32,000 bases of DNA from Opitutia bacterium KCR 482. GTDB taxonomy: Bacteria; Verrucomicrobiota; Verrucomicrobiia; Opitutales; Intestinicryptomonadaceae. Position 1 is the stretch's first letter, and every line of letters begins with the position of its first letter. The notes beneath the pieces were generated by a model. That model was not told the origin of the DNA and did no database searches. It was given only the letters and a program-made list of their open reading frames with translations. The position numbers were made by a program, and so were the translations under genes. Below are positions 27,451 to 32,000 of this stretch, in pieces. The stretch covers positions 360,001-392,000 of the forward strand of contig CP149973.1 of NCBI GenBank assembly GCA_029269845.2, written 5' to 3'.

Positions 27451-28988
27451 AATACGCCGCATACATCGCGCTCGCGTTCGCATGCCTGTTCGCGGGCTTC
27501 TCCGCAAGAAACGCAAACATCACCCTCCGCGCAACGCACGCCGACGAGGCGGAACAGGCTACGACCGCCCTCAATCTGCGCGATACGGGCAAGTACGAGT
27601 ACAACCCCAACGGCCCGCACGGCCCCACGCTCTACTATTGGGCGGACTGCGTGAAACTGCCGCCCTCGTCCTGCGCGACTATCGGAGACTTCCGAAAGGC
27701 GATGACGCCGATTGCGGTGCTCGCGCTCGTTGCGCTGCTGCTCACGGGAAGATACATCGGGCGCGGCGCGGCGTGGGCGGCTGTGGCGTGCCTTTCGATG
27801 TCGGCGGTATTCCAAATATATTCGGGGTATTTTGTGCACGAAATAATCTTCGCGGCGGCAATATTCCTGACAGCTCTTGCCGCGTGGAGGTTCGCGTGCG
27901 CGCCGACCGCCGCGGCGGCCCTGCTTGTAGGCGCGCTCGCGGGGCTTTCGCAGGCTACAAAGGAAACGTCGGTGATAGCGTTCGCGGCGATGGGGCTTTC
28001 GTTCTGCGTCTGCGCGGCTGCCGAAAAAAACATACGCGAAAACCTTTCGTACATGCTTTTTACGCGCAACTTCTTCAAATTCGCGGCGGCGTTCGCGGTG
28101 GGCTTTGCGGCGGTGTTCGCGGCGTTCTACTCGTCGTTCGGGGCGAACTGGGGCGGAATCGCCGACGCGGTGAAATCGTACTCGCACTTTTTGGCGAAGT
28201 CGGGTTCGGACGCGCACGCCTCGGGCTTCGCGTACTACCTGCAACTGCTGACGCTCCAAAAGTCGGAGGGCGCGGTCTTCGGAGAGCTGCCGATTGCGAT
28301 ACTCGCCCTCGCGGGAATCGGCTTTGCGATAGCCCGCAGAAAAAAATCGGCGTGGAGGTGCGCGTTCGCAATGTTCGCGTTCTGCAACGGAGCGTTCGCT
28401 GTTCTCGTTCTGAGCCTTATAAAATACAAAACGCCGTGGCTTCTGCTCTCGCCCGACATGTTCCTCTGCGCGGCGGCGGGCTTCGGCGCGGCGTCGCTGC
28501 TTTCGATGAAAAACGTCTGGGCGCGGACTGCGGCGTTCGCGGCGGTAGCCGCCCTCGCGTTCTGGCAGTACAAACTTTCGGCGAACGCCTCCGAGCGGTA
28601 CGCGAGCGACCCCCGCAACCCGTTCATCTACTCGCACACAGTGCGCGACTTTTCCAACCTCGAAAAACGGATTCGCGAAGCCGCAAAATTTTCCGAATAT
28701 AAAAACGACATTCCCGTGGCGTTCGTCATGAGGGAATCGCCGTGGCCCGCGCCGTTCGACCTGCGCGACCTCCGCAACACGGGCTTTTGGAGCGGCGGAA
28801 AAATCCCCGAAAACCTGCCGATTTTCGACGTCGTTGTGTGCGACGGCGCGTCCGAGGACGCGCTTTCCGCCGCGCTTCCGCCCGAAAAATACGCGCGGGA
28901 ATTCTACGGACTGCGCAAAAACTTAGTGCTTACAGCATTCATAAAAAAGGACATTTTCGAAAAAATCGTAAACCAGGACGCGAAATGA
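27447..28988 (+). CDS. polytopic membrane glycosyltransferase, PMT_2/ArnT-like (TIGR03663-like)
   Basis: 513 aa, more than 10 TM helices and a ~130-aa soluble C-terminus. The first-loop motif THADEAEQA...GKYEYNPNGPHGPTLYYW matches the DE-loop pattern of GT-C (PMT_2) enzymes and the TIGR03663 family as I recall it. Its ATG overlaps the thioesterase stop (ATGA at 27447-27450). Confidence 0.7.
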   Translation: MKYAAYIALAFACLFAGFSARNANITLRATHADEAEQATTALNLRDTGKYEYNPNGPHGPTLYYWADCVKLPPSSCATIGDFRKAMTPIAVLALVALLLTGRYIGRGAAWAAVACLSMSAVFQIYSGYFVHEIIFAAAIFLTALAAWRFACAPTAAAALLVGALAGLSQATKETSVIAFAAMGLSFCVCAAAEKNIRENLSYMLFTRNFFKFAAAFAVGFAAVFAAFYSSFGANWGGIADAVKSYSHFLAKSGSDAHASGFAYYLQLLTLQKSEGAVFGELPIAILALAGIGFAIARRKKSAWRCAFAMFAFCNGAFAVLVLSLIKYKTPWLLLSPDMFLCAAAGFGAASLLSMKNVWARTAAFAAVAALAFWQYKLSANASERYASDPRNPFIYSHTVRDFSNLEKRIREAAKFSEYKNDIPVAFVMRESPWPAPFDLRDLRNTGFWSGGKIPENLPIFDVVVCDGASEDALSAALPPEKYAREFYGLRKNLVLTAFIKKDIFEKIVNQDAK

Positions 28989-31900
28989 AAACCGCAAAAA
29001 AACTATTGATAATCTGCGCCGCGCTTGTAGCGGCGGCTGTCGCGTGCATTTGCGCGGCGCTTTTCAGCGCAACCCTGCAAACGAAAATCGCAAACTCAAT
29101 CAGCCCGGAACTCTCGGTTGAGCGCGCAAAAATTTCGCCGACAAGCGCGGAAATCGACGGGCTTAATTTCGGGGAACAAATTTCGGCAAAGAAAATCGAA
29201 ATCGAGTTTTCGCCGCTCGCGCTGCTTTCGCGCAACATTAAAATAGACTCGGCGAAAATCGCGGGCTTAAAGGTCTCGACGACGCGCGAAAGCAAAAACG
29301 CGCAGGCCGCCCTCCCCGCCGAAACGCAAAAAACAGCCGACGCAAAAAGCGCGAACGCCGAAACAAAAACGCGGGCGGCGGAAAAGAAAGACGCAACCGC
29401 AAAAAAATTCGAATTTCCGTGGACTGTGGAAATCGGCGAATTTGCGGGCGACGCCGAAATCGACGGAATGAAATTCGAAGCGTCGGCAAAGAACGTCGAG
29501 CTTGAAAAAAACCTCAAACCGAAATGCGGGCGGATTGCGGTCAAGACAAAGGACGCCGAACTTGCCGCGACTGCGGAGACAAAAAACGGCGCAAGGAAAA
29601 TAGCCGCCCTTCTCTCGGCGGACGGCAAAAAAATCGTCCAGCTCTCGGCGGACGCAAACGCCGACTACTCCGCGTTCGACGCCGAAGCCCGCATAGACGC
29701 AAACAGCAAAATCGCCGCAAAATTCGCGCCGCCGTCGCTCGCGCTCCCCGAATTCGAAGTCGCGCTCTACGCGCACGCGAAGGCGGACGCCGCAAACTTT
29801 TCGGCTGAGATTATCGGCGACGCCAAGGCGTCGGAGCTTGCAAAAATTTCGGAAGCCCTCAAACCGCTCGGCGCGGTCGGCGCGGACGTGCGCATTACCG
29901 CAGCTAAAAACGGCGGCGCGGTCTCGGTAAAAAAATTCGAGGTAAACGTTTCCGAAAGCGGAACGCCGCTGCTCGGCCTCTCAGCAAAACCCTTCGAGGC
30001 GAAGTCGCAGGAGGAGCTTGCGAAGGCGGAAATCGAGGCGACACTCGCAGTCCCCGCGCGTCTCGTAAACGCGTTCGCAAATGGAATCGAGCTGGCGTCA
30101 GACGACATTCGCGGAAAGTTCGCAATCTCGTTCGCAAACGGCGGCGCGGTCGTGAAATCCGCCGCCCCGCTTTCGCTCACCCGCGCGTACATCAGACGCG
30201 GCGGCGAGACGGTCGCCGAAAACCTCAACATTTTCGCGAACGCCGACGCGTTCATAGGCAAAACTTCGACGGCGAAAATATCGCTCGAAGCAGCCGACTC
30301 GAAAACCGACAAACTCGGAATTTCCGCCGACGCCGAATACGCAAACGGCGCGGCAAAGGCGAAAATCAAAATCGGCGGAAGCATGAACGCGATTGTGGCG
30401 CACATTCGCTCGATTTCGTCGATGGAGTCGCTGGGGCTTAAAATCGACGGCGAAACCGCGCTCGCATACGCCGACGGAACGGCGACGCTCGAATCGCTGG
30501 CAATCGGAATTTCCGACGCAAACGGCAAAAAGGCGGCGAATATCTCCACACTTTCGAAAATCTCGTACGACACAAAAAACGGCGAGGTTTCGGCGACGTC
30601 TGCGGCTCTTGCGAAAATCTCCGCGCCCGCGTTCCCCTTCTCGCTCGTAAAGCCGTTCGCGCCCGAAATCGACGCGGCAAAGGCGTCGCTGCTCGCCGAA
30701 ATTTCAATGCCGCAAAAGAACGTCTACGCGTTCGACGCGGGCGTGTCGGTCGCGGCTCTCTCATATAAAAAGGGCGGAAAATTCCTCGCGCGCGGGCTGT
30801 CGGTTTCGACAAACGCGAAAGGCTCGTTCGACGGAAAAACGGCGCGGGTCGAAATTCCAAAGTGCGTAATCGGCGAAAACGAAACGCCGTTCTGCACGCT
30901 CGGCGCAAAGGCGGAATACGACACGGCGAAATCCGCGCCGTCGGCGGAAATAGATGCGACAGTCGCGCTCGCGCCGCTCTTCAACCAACCCGCGCTGCTC
31001 AAATATTCCAACATTTCGCGCGGCACGGCGGATATCAGGGGCGCGTACAAAAACGGCGGGTTCTCGGCGGAAATCGCGGCGCACTCGATAGCAACCCGCA
31101 CGGCGCAAAACGTGGCGGATTCGGTGGTAGCAAAGCTTTCGGGCGACGCCGAAAACATCGACGCAAAGCTCTCCATAAAAAGCACGCTCGGCGAAACAAA
31201 GGCCTCGGCGAAGCTCTCGCTGGGAGATGCAATTTCGCTCGACGCCGACGCGCCGTCGATTGTAGTAGACGACATCGCGCTTCTCGCGGGCGCGTTCAAA
31301 AACCCGAACTACACTGAAAAACAGCCCGAAGCGGGGAAATCGCAGCGCGTGGAAAAGCCCGCGCTTGCGGCCGTATCGGAGTCCAAAAAGGCGGACTCCC
31401 TCGCGAAGAAAGATGCAAAGGCTTTCTGGAATTTCGGCAAGAATCTTACAGCCTCCGCAAAGGTCGGCAAGGCGGTGTTCGGGGGCAAAACGGTGCTCGA
31501 AAAACTAGACGCAAAGGCGTCGGCGACGGAATCCAAACTCGAAGTATCGAAGCTTTCGCTCCGCGCGTTCGGGGCTGATTTCGCGGGCGCGGCGGCGGTG
31601 TCGTTCGACACAAAGCGCGAAATCCCCTACGAACTTTCCGCGACAAAACTCTCCATGGCGAACCTCGAAGTTTCGGGATTTTTCGCCGACAAAAACAAGC
31701 CGCCGATGTCGGGAATTTTCGACGCTTCGATGGAGCTGAAAGGCTCCGGGAACAACGCCGAACACTTGGCGAAATACCTTACGGGCAACGCCGAAATTAA
31801 ATCCAAAGGCGGCGGCACAATCCGCATTCTCGACAAAAATTCCGACGCGGGCGCGGCGGCTGCAATCGCAGGAAACGCGCTGTCAATCGCAGGGCAGCTG

Positions 31901-32000
31901 CTGGGCGGCAAGGTCAAGGAGCTGGGGGGAATCGGCGAGCTGGTGTCGCTGATGACAGAAATGAAATACACCGAGGCCGAAATAAAACTCTCGCGCAACG
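28985..32000 (+). CDS. AsmA-family (AsmA/TamB/YhdP-like) large envelope protein, 3'-truncated by the window edge
   Basis: Absent from the supplied track. I translated the frame codon by codon: ATG 28985, overlapping the previous stop as ATGA, is followed by 1005 sense codons with no stop to position 32000. The N-terminal TM anchor is KKLLIICAALVAAAVACICAALF. An AsmA-like N-domain follows (ISAKKIEIEFSPLALLSRNIKIDSAKIAGLKV), then a long A/K/S/E-rich beta-type region. Near the end is an AsmA_2-like segment (IFDASMELKGSGNNAEHLAKYLTGNAEIKSKGGGTIRILDK). Confidence 0.65.
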   Translation, partial: MKTAKKLLIICAALVAAAVACICAALFSATLQTKIANSISPELSVERAKISPTSAEIDGLNFGEQISAKKIEIEFSPLALLSRNIKIDSAKIAGLKVSTTRESKNAQAALPAETQKTADAKSANAETKTRAAEKKDATAKKFEFPWTVEIGEFAGDAEIDGMKFEASAKNVELEKNLKPKCGRIAVKTKDAELAATAETKNGARKIAALLSADGKKIVQLSADANADYSAFDAEARIDANSKIAAKFAPPSLALPEFEVALYAHAKADAANFSAEIIGDAKASELAKISEALKPLGAVGADVRITAAKNGGAVSVKKFEVNVSESGTPLLGLSAKPFEAKSQEELAKAEIEATLAVPARLVNAFANGIELASDDIRGKFAISFANGGAVVKSAAPLSLTRAYIRRGGETVAENLNIFANADAFIGKTSTAKISLEAADSKTDKLGISADAEYANGAAKAKIKIGGSMNAIVAHIRSISSMESLGLKIDGETALAYADGTATLESLAIGISDANGKKAANISTLSKISYDTKNGEVSATSAALAKISAPAFPFSLVKPFAPEIDAAKASLLAEISMPQKNVYAFDAGVSVAALSYKKGGKFLARGLSVSTNAKGSFDGKTARVEIPKCVIGENETPFCTLGAKAEYDTAKSAPSAEIDATVALAPLFNQPALLKYSNISRGTADIRGAYKNGGFSAEIAAHSIATRTAQNVADSVVAKLSGDAENIDAKLSIKSTLGETKASAKLSLGDAISLDADAPSIVVDDIALLAGAFKNPNYTEKQPEAGKSQRVEKPALAAVSESKKADSLAKKDAKAFWNFGKNLTASAKVGKAVFGGKTVLEKLDAKASATESKLEVSKLSLRAFGADFAGAAAVSFDTKREIPYELSATKLSMANLEVSGFFADKNKPPMSGIFDASMELKGSGNNAEHLAKYLTGNAEIKSKGGGTIRILDKNSDAGAAAAIAGNALSIAGQLLGGKVKELGGIGELVSLMTEMKYTEAEIKLSRN

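Noticed and set aside
28994-29936. Multiple A7 homopolymers inside the AsmA-like gene (e.g. 28994-29000, 29401-29407, 29506-29512, 29627-29633, 29930-29936) as possible phase-variation tracts
   Set aside because: They arise from AAA-AAA lysine codons, the preferred Lys codon throughout the window. Similar runs occur in uvrA and other housekeeping genes. There is no frameshifted continuation suggesting on/off switching.
28939-31998. Series of minus-strand ORFs (229, 169, 268, 191, 123 aa) that the track offers for the last 3 kb
   Set aside because: They are fragmented and low-complexity (Ala/Ser/Phe). They lie opposite a single uninterrupted 1005-codon + frame that has a coupled start, a TM anchor and AsmA-like segments.
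1-32000. Scan for tRNA/rRNA/tmRNA, CRISPR repeats, IS elements, integrases, phage or toxin-antitoxin modules
   Set aside because: I recognised no T-loop/acceptor patterns, no regularly spaced direct repeats, no terminal inverted repeats flanking an ORF and no transposase, integrase or phage-like translations. The window reads as core chromosome.

Overview
Gene-dense (24 CDS, short intergenic gaps), GC-rich by eye, this is a chromosomal segment from a diderm bacterium of uncertain phylum (LpxA, an AsmA-like protein and an OM beta-barrel are present). Content is overwhelmingly housekeeping. Minus strand: pdxA (5' fragment), lpxA, a TolQ/ExbB-like membrane protein, an MFS transporter and a HisN-like IMPase. 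Plus strand: a DEDDh exonuclease, an unknown 144-aa ORF and a HIT hydrolase. Then GTP-dependent PEPCK, a short UvrA paralogue, single-chain PurL, an isolated OM barrel, tig-clpP-clpX and mreB-mreC-mreD-mrdA. The window ends with a plus-strand run: dsbD-like, lysA, 4HBT thioesterase, PMT_2-type glycosyltransferase and a giant AsmA-like protein. I see no rRNA, tRNA, CRISPR array, transposase, integrase or phage gene. Two edge-truncated ORFs are missing from the supplied track and were found by reading the sequence: the pdxA fragment (1-106) and an AsmA-like ORF that stays open from 28985 to the window end. Many long ORFs in the track are antisense or out-of-frame shadows of real genes and were rejected. 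I do not find a convincing self-contained novel defence or mobile system. The best leads for something undescribed are: (i) a partner-less TolQ/ExbB/MotA-type channel fused to a large unknown domain and abutting lpxA; (ii) the ATGA-coupled lysA-thioesterase-glycosyltransferase-AsmA chain; (iii) the exonuclease plus unknown-ORF pair; (iv) a structured, CCCTCC-rich convergent intergenic region that could encode a small RNA. All functional calls rest on motif recognition by eye; no database search or computation was run.
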